A DNA stretch of 64,000 nt from Macrostomum lignano (lineage: Eukaryota), in the NCBI GenBank assembly GCA_002269645.1, contig NIVC01002696.1:18278-82277 (forward strand). The letters are read 5' to 3'. Below the pieces are notes generated by a model that saw only the letters and a list, made by a program, of their open reading frames with translations, did no database searches and was not told the origin of the DNA. The translations under genes were made by a program, and so were the position numbers. Shown here in pieces: positions 1 through 12,905 of the stretch; the first letter of the stretch is position 1; each line of letters begins with the position of its first letter.

Positions 1-900
1 TTGGCGCCATCTCTATTTGGTTCGATCTCTTTTTGGTTCCATCTCTATTTGGCGCCATCTCTGTTTGGTTCAATCTCTTTTTGGTTCCATCTCTATTTGG
101 CGCCATCTCTATTTGGTTCGATCTCTTTTTGGTTCCATCTCTATTTGGCGCCATCTCTATTTGGTTCGATCTCTTTTTGGTTCCATCTCTTTTTGGCGCC
201 ATCTCTGTTTGGTTCAATCTCTTTTTGGTTCCATCTCTATTTGGCGCCATCTCTATTTGGTTCGATCTCTTTTTGGTTCCATCTCTTTTTGGCGCCATCT
301 CTGTTTGGTTCAATCTCTTTTTGGTTCCATCTCTATTTGGCGCCATCTCTATTTGGTTCGATCTCTTTTTGGTTCCATCTCTATTTGGCGCCATCTCTAT
401 TTGGTTCGATCTCTTTTTGGTTCCATCTCTATTTGGCGCCATCTCTATTTGGTTCGATCTCTTTTTGGTTCCATCTCTATTTGGCGCCATCTCTATTTGG
501 TTCGATCTCTTTTTGGTTCCATCTCTATTTGGCGCCATCTCTATTTGGTTCGATCTCTTTTTGGTTCCATCTCTATTTGGCGCCATCTCTATTTGGTTCG
601 ATCTCTTTTTGGTTCCATCTCTATTTGGCGCCATCTCTATTTGGTTCGATCTCTTTTTGGTTCCATCTCTATTTGGCGCCATCTCTATTTGGCGCCATCT
701 GTTTGGTGCCCAGCTCGATTTGGCGTCATCTCTGTTTGGCGCCATCCCCGTTTAGCGCCATCTTTGTTTGGCGCCATCTTTGTTTGGCGCCATCTCTGCT
801 TGACACCCAGCGTGGATTTGGCGTCATCTCTGTTTGGTTTCATCTCTGTTTAGCCCCATCTCTGGCGCCCAGCTCGATTAGGCGCCATCTCTATTTGGCG
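1..900. repeat. Minisatellite, 16-bp monomers in a 48-bp higher-order unit
   Basis: ttggcgccatctctat/ttggttcgatctcttt/ttggttccatctctat recurring with 48-bp period; the overlapping ORFs are 16-aa repeat artefacts. Confidence 0.95.
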
Positions 901-1371
901 CCATCTCAGCATTCTTATTACCAGTTTGCACTAAAGGAGAATATTGCTGTCTTCTTGTCAATCTCGTAATGGAAGCTGCACGTTTAGGGAAGGAGACAGA
1001 AAAAAACTTGAAGCAATTTCCCAAATTGATTTTTCCCCTTCTCTTCTACTTTAGCCAGCCTACCCTCTGGAAGGATGTGTCGAGAAGGATGAAGAGCAAT
1101 TATGAGCACTTAAAGATGGAGCCAAGCATCCAGCTAAGCATCCTGAGGTTATTCCTGCTGAATATTTTAGCAATTCTAGTTGCCTGTAGATACTAAATAG
1201 GCTCAGCACTATACTAATTATCTTTTCGGTTGTTTAAGGCCAATGCAGTTTATTCTTTAGAACCTCTGATCAATCCATTAATCGCATAGAAGTCTGTTTG
1301 AATTGGTTTTGCAATGAATAGCAAGTGACTTGATGCGCTCAGCAAAAAAGTAGATAAATAGATTGAGACTA

Positions 1372-2290
1372 GATAGAATGAGATTGGATAGGGTGAGATT
1401 GGATAGAGTGAGATCGGATAGAGTGAGATTGGATAGGGTGTGATTTGATAGAGTGAGATTGGATAGAGTGAGATTGGATAGGGTGAGATTGGATAGGGTG
1501 AGATTGGATAGGGTGAGATTGGAGGGTGAGATTGGATAGGGTGGGGTTGGATAGGGTGAGATTGGAGGGTGAGATTGGATAGGGTGGGGTTGGATAGGGT
1601 GAGATTGGATAGAGTGAGATTGGATAGGGTGAGATTGGATAGGGTAAGACTGGATAGGGTGAGATTGGATAGGGTGAGATTGGATAGAGTGAGATAGGAT
1701 TTTTTTAATTAGAGGCAGGGGGTTGTGTGCACCCTGGCGCACTTTAAGCGACATTGGCACACAACCGGCGAGAGGCATTGCTGCCCATTCCGCCGACTCC
1801 CCTGAGCAGGCATACAAGCGCACGCGTACGCAGGCACACACTCAGGTACAGGTAGGTACAGGTACAGCTGTACCGCAGGTACAGCGGCCCTAACTTTATT
1901 TTATCGTCAGGCATGTACACCTCACTGTGCCTTGAGGGGTTGGCTCTCAAGGCCGTTAATTGCACGAGCAGAGCCAAGCCGAGATTCCAATTCAGCCCCA
2001 AATTAATGTGACTGCACTTGGAATCGAGCCTGGGTCGCTGGCACACCAGAGCCTGCGCTAGACCGCTTGGCTACGGCCTCCCGAGTGAGATTGGATAGGG
2101 TGAGATTGGATAGGGTGAGATTGGAAAGGGTGAGATTGGATAGGGATAAGATTAGATAGAATGAGATAAGAAAGGTTGAGATTGGAAAGGCTGATATTGG
2201 ATGGTGCGAGATCAGATAGGATGGGATTGGATAAGGGTGAGATTGGATAGGATGAGATTGGATAGATTGCGATCTGAAAGGATGAGGTTG
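1372..2290. repeat. 15-bp minisatellite (gagattggatagggt) in two blocks, ~1372-1700 and ~2085-2290
   Basis: Direct tandem copies visible. Confidence 0.9.
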
Positions 2291-4067
2291 GATGAAATAT
2301 TCCCAGCAGCTAGGATTAGCATAGCCGCAGTCGAATCAGCCTCATTGACAGCAGACAGATCCGCTTCATCAGCATTCATATTTTTCGATTTCCACATCGG
2401 GGCAAAGAAACTAATAGCAATTTCCAAGAAACGGGACTGGCCTCGAGGAAGTGGAAAAGAAGAGAAATTAACTAAATTTAGCATTTCTGCAGCCGCATGA
2501 GGATCGAGGTACGAGCTTGAGCATGAGAATCAAGCAGGACTATCATAATTCCCCAGATACCGAGTGCTGGGCTCCTTCTTCCTCCTCGCTCTATCAGGCG
2601 GCGCCCACTTTGATCGGTCGAATTCCACGATAATTGGGAAAGTGATGAGGCGGAGGAGAAGAGGGATGCTGGGCTGAGTTGTCGGCTTCAATCTATCCCC
2701 TACCTATCATATTTCTTGAAGTTGAACCAGCCAAGCCACGCCCATCGCGTGTAATTTTAGTCCCACTTTTTCATGTGTGTGTGTGTGCTACTAACCAGTG
2801 AATTTGTATTCCACGAATATGCTGCATCTGATCACGCAGCATCGTCTTTTTATGCCGATCTAACTAAAAATATATCCATGGCAACGCTTTAGTAACTATA
2901 CCATAGCAACCAACTAGTAACCGCACCCTAGCAACCCCCAGCAAAGCATACCCTAGCAACTCTGAACCTAGCTCATGGTATCCATTCCCTCATTGAGAAT
3001 CGCCCCTTAGTCAATCACTGAGAATCGCCCCTTAGTCATTGAGAATCGCCTCTTAGTAGCAACTACCTAGTAACTATTCCCTAGTAACCACCTAGTAACT
3101 ATACCCTAGTAAACACCTAGTAACAATTCCCTAGCAACCCCCTAGTAACTATTCCCTAACATCTACCTAGTAACTATACCGTAGCAACCACCTAGTAACT
3201 ATACCCTAGCAACCACCTAGTAACTATACCCTAGCAACCACCTGGTAAACACCTGGTAACCATACCTAGTAACCACACAGTAAGCATCATCCTAACAAAA
3301 TCTAGAAGCCATACCCTACCCTACCTTATGGGATATAATTATAATCCGACTCTATAAGTACACGCTTCTTACTGAACCAACACCTACAGAATGCATGCAT
3401 TCCGCGTGGTTAAGCATATGTAACGATTTATCGCCGAAGCGTTCACAAGTGCGAGCTATCACAGAAATGGCACAGATAATTATCACTAACTCAGCGAACC
3501 CAATCATCAAGCGCGTCAAGTTTGATCTGAAAAAGCTCAACTCGATGAAGCAGACTTCATTCTCCTGGAGGCTGGATCCAACTGTCTTATCCAGCTGTAG
3601 AAGACAAAACAAGCAAAGGAAGATGAAGAGAGAGAGAGAGAGAGAGAGAGGGATAGATGAATGCTTGACCTCGCCGGGTGAAACATCCCCCCTGTTCGAT
3701 ATGCATCGCTTCTACTGTCGCAGATCCTTCAACTGTAACCCTCGCCTCTCAATTCCCTATCTCAGAGCAGCCGGAATAATTAATTCAATTCCCAAAAGGC
3801 GAGAAGGCGAGAAAGCGAGAGCGGAAGAGCGGGTCGGGAGAACAGAGAGTAGCAGCAAGAGGAGGGGGCGGGTTATTAGATATTTGGTAGCTGGATGGCC
3901 ACTCAACCTATTTTTGGAGACGTCTTGCGGCTAAAGAGAAGGGGTTTACGTGAATCCAACGACCTATCGCTTAAACATCTTGATAAACAAGTATATTCTT
4001 CAATTGTTATATCACTCGTGAATTCCAGGAGAATAAAGAAGTACGACCTCCAACGAGCGACTCAGCC

Positions 4068-4385
4068 AGTGACCAACCCATCGAGTGACCAACCCATCGA
4101 GTGACCAACCCATCGAGTGACCAACCCATCGAGTGACCAACCCATCGAGTGACCAACCCATCGAGTGACCAACCCATCGAGTGACCAACCCATCGAGTGA
4201 CCAACCCATCGAGTGACCAACCCATCGAGTGACCAACCCATCGAGTGACCAACCCATCGAGTGACCAACCCATCGAGTGACCAACCCATCGAGTGACCAA
4301 CCCATCGAGTGACCAACCCATCGAGTGACCAACCCATCGAGTGACCAACCCATTGAGTTACCAAACCATCCAGTGACCAACCCAT
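4068..4385. repeat. 16-bp minisatellite (gtgaccaacccatcga)
   Basis: About 19 near-perfect tandem copies. Confidence 0.95.
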
Positions 4386-4480
4386 CAAATTTTTAACTAA
4401 TCAATGGACTAACAGAAAAAATCAGGCCAGCACAACTTAACAAAACCTTTTGACTCTAATTGAAAACAATAAACAAAAAT

Positions 4481-7400
4481 ATGGCTACAACTCGCGCTCT
4501 GGGCACAATATTCATGCTAATTGGTATTCTGGCATCAATAGTGAGTCTGGCCACTTCATCTTGGCGCAATATTCACGTGCACTATGGGCAAGGCAGATCT
4601 ACAGAAGTCCAGCCGTTGTCAGACGGTATTCAGATTAAAGAGCACGACAATTATCAAAACACAAATGGTTAGTACTGTGGCTTTATTATAATCCTACATA
4701 AAACCTACTCGCAGTAATTGGATTAAAATCCGCAGTCATTCGCATTGTGCTCAGCCTGGCGGCTCTTGGCACCGGACTCGCTTGCGTTGCATTCTGCCTG
4801 GAGATCGTTCGAATACTCCGCCGCGACGGTCAAGCTTCCGACTGCATTCTGATGATTGAGTTTGTCTGCTCGGCTATTGCTGGTAAAGTTACATTTTCCT
4901 GTATATATTTTAATTCTCGCTTTGAGAATGGTCACAATTTAATGAAGTTTGGATTTTGTCTACCCAAACTCCAAGTGTATTAACTTGTGGTTGGTTTATG
5001 AAGTGACTTGTTTAAGAAGTGTATTGTTAAGTAAGTGTCGTGTTTGGTAAGTGTCTTGTTTGGTAAGTGTCTTGTTTGGTAAGTGTCTTGTTTGGTAAGT
5101 GTCTTGTTTGGTAAGTGTCTTGTTTGGTAAGTGTCTTGTTTGGTAAGTGTCGTGTTTGGTAAGTGTCTTGTTTGGTAAGTGTCTTGTTTGGTAAGTGTCT
5201 TGTTTGGTAAGTGTCTTGTTTGGTAAGTGTCTTGTTTGGTAAGTGTCTTGTTTGGTAAGTGTCTTGTTTGGTAAGTGTCTTGTTTGGTAAGTGTCTTGTT
5301 TGGTAAGTGTCTTGTTTGGTAAGTGTCTTGTTTGGTAAGTGTCTTGTTTGGTAAGTGTCTTGTTTGGTAAGTGTCTTGTTTGGTAAGTGTCTTGTTTAGT
5401 AAGTGTCTTGTTTGGTAAGTGTCTTGTTTGGTAAGTGTCTTGTTTGGTAAGTGTCTTGTTTGGTAAGTGTCTTGTTTGGTAAGTGTCTTGTTTGGTAAGT
5501 GTCTTGTTTGGTAAGTGTCTTGTTTGGTAAGTGTCTTGTTTGGTAAGTGTCTTGTTTGGTAAGTGTCTTGTTTGGTAAGTGTCTTGTTTGGTAAGTGTCT
5601 TGTTTGGTAAGTGTCTTGTCTGGTAAGTGACTTGTTTGGTAAGTGACTTGTTTGGTAAGTGACTTGTTTGGTAAGTGACTTGTTTGGTAAGTGACTTGTT
5701 TGGTAAGTGACTTGTTTGGTAAGTGTCTTGTTTGGTAAGTGACTTGTTTGGTAAGTGACTTGTTTGGTAAGTGACTTGTTTGGTAAGTGACTTGTTTGGT
5801 AAGTGTCTTGTTTGGTAAGTGTCTTGTTTGGTAAGTGTCTTGTTTGGTAAGTGTCTTGTCTGGTAAGTGACTTGTTTGGTAAGTGACTTGTCTGGTAAGT
5901 GACTTGTTTGGTAAGTGACTTGTTTGGTAAGTGACTTGTTTGGTAAGTGACTTGTTTGGTAAGTGACTTGTTTGGTAAGCCTTGTTTGGTAAGTGACTTG
6001 TTTGGTAAGTGACTTGTTTGGTAAGTGACTTGTTTGGTAAGTGACTTGTTTGGTAAGTGTCTTGTTTGGTAAGTGTCTTGTTTGGTAAGTGACTTGTTTG
6101 GTAAGTGTCTTGTCTGGTAAGTGACTTGTTTGGTAAGTGACTTGTTTGGTAAGTGACTTGTTTGGTAAGTGACTTGTTTGGTAAGTGACTTGTTTGGTAA
6201 GTGACTTGTTTGGTAAGTGACTTGTTTGGTAAGCCTTGTTTGGTAAGTGACTTGTTTGTGTAAGTGACTTGTTTGGTAAGTGACTTGTTTGGTAAGTGAC
6301 TTGTTTGGTAAGTTACTTGTTTGGTAAGTGCCTTGTTTGGTAAGTGACTTGTTTGGTAAGTGTCTTGTTTGGTAAGTGTCTTGTTTGGTAAGTGTCTTGT
6401 TTGGTAAGTGACTTGTTTGGTAAGTGACTTGTTTGGTAAGTGACTTGTTTGGTAAGCCTTGTTTGGTAAGTGACTTGTTTGGTAAGTGACTTGTTTGGTA
6501 AGTGACTTGTTTGGTAAGTGTCTTGTTTGGTAAGTGTCTTGTTTGGTAAGTGTCTTGTTTGGTAAGTGACTTGTTTGGTAAGTGTCTTGTCTGGTAAGTG
6601 ACTTGTTTGGTAAGTGACTTGTTTGGTAAGTGACTTGTTTGGTAAGTGACTTGTTTGGTAAGTGACTTGTTTGGTAAGTGACTTGTTTGGTAAGTGACTT
6701 GTTTGGTAAGCCTTGTTTGGTAAGTGACTTGTTTGTGTAAGTGACTTGTTTGGTAAGTGACTTGTTTGGTAAGTGACTTGTTTGGTAAGTTACTTGTTTG
6801 GTAAGTGCCTTGTTTGGTAAGTGACTTGTTTGGTAAGTGCCTTGTTTGGTAAGTGACTTGTTTGGTAAGTGCCTTGTTTGGTAAGTGCCTTGTTTGGTAA
6901 GTGACTTGTTTGGTAAGTGACTTGTTTGCTAAGTGACTTGTTTGGTAAGTGACTTGTTTGGTAAGTGATCGACTTGTTAGTGAAGTGTGTTGTTTGGAAA
7001 GCGTCTAGTTTGCAAAGTCAGCAGTTCTTTGATTCTTCGGCTTTGAGATGTCTTAAGCATCGCATGAGTCATCCAAGAAAAAACCTCCTTATCCTCGTCG
7101 TTCAGCTCCAAGTCAGATCGGAGCCGTGTCCGTCTTCGCCTACTTCTTCGTTGTACACGCTTCGTCGGCGGCTCTCCAGGCCGAGGCAGAGCCGCGCCTG
7201 TCGCACCTGCTGAACCTGGTGGTCATCGGAGCCACCAGCTGGCGAGCCGTGCCGGGGTTCAGCTTCTACCTGATGCTGTGCAGCATACTGTGCCTAACCA
7301 TCGCCGCCTGCGTGCTCTGCTACGAGCTCTGCCACCGGGAAGAGCGTCGCAGGCGACGAATCGAGCTTCAGCAGCTTCATCAGCAGCAGCTGCTTCAGCG

Positions 7401-7947
7401 TCGGCGAAGCAGCGCTAAGCGCGCCTCGCTGGCCCCGTCGCATAACCAGCTGCCGCCACTGCCCGACCTGTTCGTCACCGAGGAGCTGCCGGTGCCGCAC
7501 TGCTTGGTCCGACGCTCGCGCTCGTCGTCGATCAATTCGCAGCGCAGCGTCAGCCAGAATTCGCAGCGCAGCGGCTCCGTGTCCACCGCCGGCGGAGCCA
7601 CAGTCGGCTGTCCGCACAGACGGTGCAATTCCGTCCGCTCGAGTCCCGGCACAAATCGGACGCCTGGAAGCCGGCGCGCCAGTCGAGCGAGCGCCGGTGC
7701 CGGCGCTAGCGGACGCAGCCGAGAGTCGAGCATCTGCTGCTCCGGCGCTGGAGAGTCGGCGATGCTGCTGCTGCCTCACCAGCATCAGTACCAGCACCAG
7801 CACCAGCTCCAGCATCAGCACCAGCACCAGCATCAGGCGAGCGAAAATCTGCTCACTGTACCGCATGCCTATGCCGCAGCTGTACAGTTCACCGAAGGTG
7901 GCGGTGGAGACAGTGAAGATGACAACCCGGAACCAGTGCACCTGTGA
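4481..7947 (+). CDS. Claudin/PMP22-like four-TM protein; exons ~4481-4667, 4715 (or 4736)-4882, 7106-7947
   Basis: Phase-1 GT-AG junctions join four hydrophobic helices, with W after TM1 and a GFSFYL motif at TM4, then a long R/S/Q/H-rich tail. Confidence 0.65.
5030..6990. repeat. 16-bp intronic satellite (tgtttggtaagtgtct / ...gtgact)
   Basis: About 2 kb of tandem copies filling the intron. Confidence 0.97.
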
Positions 7948-7977
7948 CTCAGTTGCTGACGCAACTTGTCTTAGGCT

Positions 7978-9372
7978 TGACCCATGAAGCTTGACCCAGT
8001 ACTGACCCATTTTCAATGAAGCTTGACCCAGAACTGACCCATTTTCAATGAAGCTTGACCCAGTACTGATCCATTTTTAATGAGGCTTGACCCAGTACTG
8101 ACCCATTTTCAATGAAGCTTAATTGACCCAGTACTGACCCATTTTCAATGAAGCCTAATTGACCCAGTACTGACCCATTTTCAATGAAGCTTAATTGATC
8201 CAGTACTGACCCATTTTCAATGAAGCTCGACCCAGTACTGACCCATTTTAATGAGGCTTAATTGATCCAGTACTGACCCATTTTCAATGAAGCTTGACCC
8301 AGTACTGACCCATTTTTAATGAGGCTTGACCCAAAACTGACCCATTTCAATGAAGCTTGACCCAGTACTGACCCATTTTAATGAGGCTTAATTGATCCAG
8401 TACTGACCCATTTTTAATGAGGCTTGACCCAAAACTGACCCATTTTCAATGAAGCTTGACCCAGTACTGACCCATTTTCAATGAAGCTCGACCCAGTACT
8501 GACCCATTTTAATGAGGCTTAATTGATCCAGTACTGACCCATTTTCAATGAAGCTTGACCCAGTACTGACCCATTTTTAATGAGGCTTGACCCAAAACTG
8601 ACCCATTTCAATGAAGCTTGACCCAGTACTGACCCATTTTAATGAGGCTTAATTGATCCAGTACTGACCCATTTTTAATGAGGCTTGACCCAAAACTGAC
8701 CCATTTTCAATGAAGCTTGACCCAGTACTGACCCATTTTCAATGAAGCTCGACCCAGTACTGACCCATTTTAATGAGGCTTAATTGATCCAGTACTGACC
8801 CATTTTCAATGAAGCTTGACCCAGTACTGACCCATTTTTAATGAGGCTTGACCCAAAACTGACCCATTTCAATGAAGCTTGACCCAGTACTGACCCATTT
8901 TAATGAGGCTTAATTGATCCAGTACTGACCCATTTTTAATGAGGCTTGACCCAAAACTGACCCATTTTCAATGAAGCTTGACCCAGTACTGACCCATTTT
9001 TAATGAAGCTTGACCCAGTACTGACACATTTTCAATAAAGCTTGACCCAGTACTGACCCATTTTTAATGAGGCTTGACCCAAAACTGACCAATTTCAATG
9101 AAGCTTGACCCAGTACTGACCCATTTTAATGAAGCTTGACCCAGTACTGACCCATTTTAATGAGGCTTAATTGATCCAGTGCTGACCCATTTTTAATGAG
9201 GCTTGACCCAAAACTGACCCATTTTCAATGAAGCTTGACCCAGTACTGACCCATTTTTAATGAAGCTTGACCCAGTACTGACACATTTTCAATAAAGCTT
9301 GACCCAGTACTGACCTATTTTTAATGAGGCTTGACCCAAAACTGACCCATTTTAAATGAAGCTTGACCCAGT
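7978..9372. repeat. ~32-bp minisatellite (atgaagcttgacccagtactgacccattttca)
   Basis: Tandem copies with length variants. Confidence 0.95.
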
Positions 9373-10063
9373 AATGTTGTTTCTAATTTGTCCGAGACTG
9401 ACCAACTATTTTGACACATCGCGATTCGAACTTGACTTGATTTCAGCAGCCGGCTCTCCGTTACTCATTCTATAATTCATATTTTTATCATCGAGCCATC
9501 AAAATATTCATTTCAAAATTTCAAACGAAATTTACAGACATTGATAGACTTTCCTAGAAATAATTGGCTTGCTGTGACCCTTCTGTTATTGTCCAATTTT
9601 GTTGTAAATATAGCTCCTCTACTACTCGTCATGACCAGTAGTATCTATGGTTCTATGGCCAAGCGTTTAAATAAACTGGAAAAAGGTTATAAGACAAGTC
9701 GATGAGTTCCATATTACAACACAAAGCGAGTTGTCTATGGCCTGTTTCTCGAGATAAATCCAACTCTTGGATTTTACAAAGACTTAAGTCTCTCTTTTAG
9801 GTTAGAGTGGAAATTAAACATTTATTGTCTCGAAATATAATTATTAATATAATTTGACAACTGTTCTACTGCTTATATTCTCAACTAAGTCCTACTCAAA
9901 CAAAACGCGTAAATAGTTGGGACAGGACTAGAAGTAATTTTGTGTTACGAAGTATATATCAAAAATATAATAAAATAGAAAGAAATAGAAGGCAAGTAGA
10001 ATATAAGACTACATAAACACTTTTAGCATCACCCCCTTGTCAGCAGACATCAGTGGGATATAG

Positions 10064-10345
10064 CAACTGGGATTAAAGCAACTGGGATTAAAGCAACTGG
10101 GATTAAAGCAACTGGGATTAAAGCAACTGGGATTAAAGCAACTGGGATTAAAGCAACTGGGATTAAAGCAACTGGGATTAAAGCAACTGGGATTAAAGCA
10201 ACTGGGATTAAAGCAACTGGGATTAAAGCAACTGGGATTAAAGCAACTGGGATTAAAGCAACTGGGATTAAAACAACTGGGATTAAAGCAACTGGGATTA
10301 AAGCAACTGGGATTAAAGCAACTGGGATTAAAGCAACTGGGATTA
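10064..10345. repeat. 15-bp minisatellite (gcaactgggattaaa)
   Basis: Perfect tandem copies. Confidence 0.95.
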
Positions 10346-10395
10346 TTTATAGCCTTCATAGTTCCGACTCAATTCAACCAGTTTTCACCAGAATT

Positions 10396-10464
10396 TCAGC
10401 GCACAAGACCGAAGAAGCTGCGGATCTCAGCCTCGGTCATTGTGTCGTTCATGACGGCCACCAC
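10396..10464 (-). CDS. Possible terminal exon of an unidentified host gene (VVAVMNDTMTEAEIRSFFGLVR*)
   Basis: GC-rich island after a ctgcag acceptor ending in TGA; protein not recognised. Confidence 0.3.
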   Translation of the reverse strand: MVAVMNDTMTEAEIRSFFGLVR

Positions 10465-11289
10465 CTGCAGAGTGGTGTCTCAAAAACTCAAAAACTCAAA
10501 AACTCCATTTTTGGTTGACAGCGGCACGTTTTGAAGGAGAGGTGCTCAATTCCTGCTGCAGCAAGATTTTGTGAGCTAGCGGAAACTGCAAATTACTTCT
10601 TAAGCTATAGACAGCACTGAATCATTGTGCTTTTATTGAAAAAATGAAAAAACTTCGTCTCATTTAAGTGTGTAGTCACTGTAGTGTGTGATGCTCCAGC
10701 TTCTCAACTAACTATAGTTCTGAATCACACGGGTAGCTTCTTTCTGCACCCCACCCCCACTGCACGTGAGTCAGCTGTCAAAAAAGCATTGCCTTTTTTT
10801 ACCCCATCACCTCCGCCCATCATACTTCTAAATAGCTATAACAGCTTGACCGGCAAGGGTTTTGGGCCCCTTGCAAGATGAGGCCTGTTTTTCTAGACTC
10901 GAGTGCGATAGACTCGTAGCTTTAGGGCCTATAGCAGTTTTGCATTGAAGCTGAACAGAAACACAGTATTAGCTCGTAACTGGGAAGTGGAATGCTCTAT
11001 AGTTTTTTTGATATCGCAAACAATTTAAAGCTTTTTAAAAAACATTTATTTCTGAAAGTTTCTTTTCACTAACTTCGTAAACGAATATAGTAATTAATTC
11101 AATGTATTGAAACGCGCATAGACGTGAACGATTCAAAAACTGGGAGGGGGGCAGGTTCAGTGGCGGATTTATGGGGGGGGGTGGCGCACAGGGGGCACGC
11201 CCCCCCGTCGAGTTAGATTTTTTTATTTTTTTGTATGGAAAATGAACAGCATGTATGTACCAATAATTTTTGAATCGGTGTTGTCAGCA

Positions 11290-12329
11290 CTCATTTTAGC
11301 GCCGCAGGCACTCATTTTAGCGCCGCAGGCACTCATTTTAGCGCCGCAGGCACTCATTTTAGCGCCGCAGGCACTCATTTTAGCGCCGCAGGCACTCATT
11401 TTAGCGCCGCAGGCACTCATTTTGGCGCCGCAGGCACTCATTTTAGCGCCGCAGGCACTCATTTTGGCGCCGCAGGCATTCAGTTTGGCGCCGCAGGCAC
11501 TATTTTAGCGCCGACGGCACTCATTTTAGCGCCGTAGGCACTCATTTTGGCGCCGCAGGCACTATTTTAGCGCCGCAGGCACTCAATTTAGTGCCGCAGG
11601 CACTCATTTTGGCGCCGCAGGCACTCATTTTAGCGCCGCAGGCACTCATTTTAGCGCCGCAGGCACTATTTTAGCGCCACATGCACTATTTTAGCGCCGC
11701 GGGCACTCATTTTGGCGCCGCAGTCACTCATTTTAGTGCCGCAGGCACTCATTTTAGCGCCGAAGGCACTCATTTTGGCGCCGCAGTCACTCATTTTAGT
11801 GCCGCAGGCACTCATTTTAGCGCCGAAGGCACTCATTTTAGCGCCGTAGGCACTCATTTTGGCGCCGCAGGCACTATTTTAGCGCCGCAGGCACTCATTT
11901 TGGCGCCGCAGGCACTCATTTTAGCGCCGCAGGCACTCATTTTGGCGCCGCAGGCATTCAGTTTGGCGCCGCAGGCACTCATTTTAGCGCCGAAGGCACT
12001 CATTTTAGCGCCGTAGGCACTCATTTTGGCGCCGCAGTCACTATTTTAGCGCCGCAGGCACTCATTTTAGCGCCGTAGGCACTCATTTTGGCGCCGCAGG
12101 CATTCATTTTAGCGCCGCAGGCACTCATTTTAGCGCCGCAGGCACTATTTTAGCGCCACATGCACTATTTTAGCGCCGCGGGCACTCATTTTAGCGCCGC
12201 AGGCACTCATTTTAGCGCCGCAGGCACTCATTTTGGCGCCGCAGGCACTCATTTTAGCGCCGCAGGCACTCATTTTAGCGCCGAAGGCACTCATTTTGGC
12301 GCCGCAGTCACTCATTTTAGTGCCGCAGG
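11290..12329. repeat. 21-bp satellite (gcactcattttagcgccgcag), left part of the array interrupted by the Polinton
   Basis: Tandem copies; the array resumes at 30144. Confidence 0.95.
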
Positions 12330-12905
12330 AGTAGTAGTATGTTATAAAGGGTTGCGCCACACTTATTGCTCGGGCGCATTGCGCGCCAGCTCGCTGGATG
12401 ACTCAACCCTTTATAACATACTACTACTACCATGAGGTCATGGGTTCAAGTGGGGTGTGATAAATATAAAAATATATAAATATACATATATCTGTGACTG
12501 AGGGTGTTGAGGGTGAGGGCATGTGGGGGGCATTGGCCTGTGGTATATTTCTCAGAAGACAGAATTTCCGGATTTTTTATACTTTTAAAAAGGGGGGGTG
12601 CCCTCGCCCTCATGCCCTCACTCATTTTGAAAATCACTAAAAATAAGTGAAAAATGACTAAAAACAGGCGAAAATGGTCTGAAAACAGCGATTTTTTGTG
12701 ATTTTCAAAAATTTTGAAAAAGTGCAATTTTCACGATTCCAGCTCTAAAACCATGAGAAAAGTTGGATTCACGGGTCAATTTAATGCAATTTCAGGTATA
12801 TACAATATGAAAGTGTCATCCAATTCAACGATAGTAAATTATATATATATAAAATGGCCTTCAGTAAACCATTATTTCTAGGAAATGCTTTAGATATTCA
12901 GTCAG
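12330..12905 (+). repeat. Left terminal inverted repeat (576 bp) with a 99-nt terminal hairpin
   Basis: Near-identical reverse complement of 29568-30143; arms 12330-12354 and 12404-12428 are perfectly complementary. Confidence 0.95.

Noticed and set aside
900-3620. Possible exons at ~909-1147 (+), ~2300-2700 and ~3385-3595 (-)
   Set aside because: Coding-like composition but no recognisable protein and no consistent strand or phase.
1-12435. Many long ORFs with periodic translations (LAPSLFGS, MGWSLDG, NPSCF, ALILAPQ)
   Set aside because: They are stop-free readings of minisatellites, not genes.
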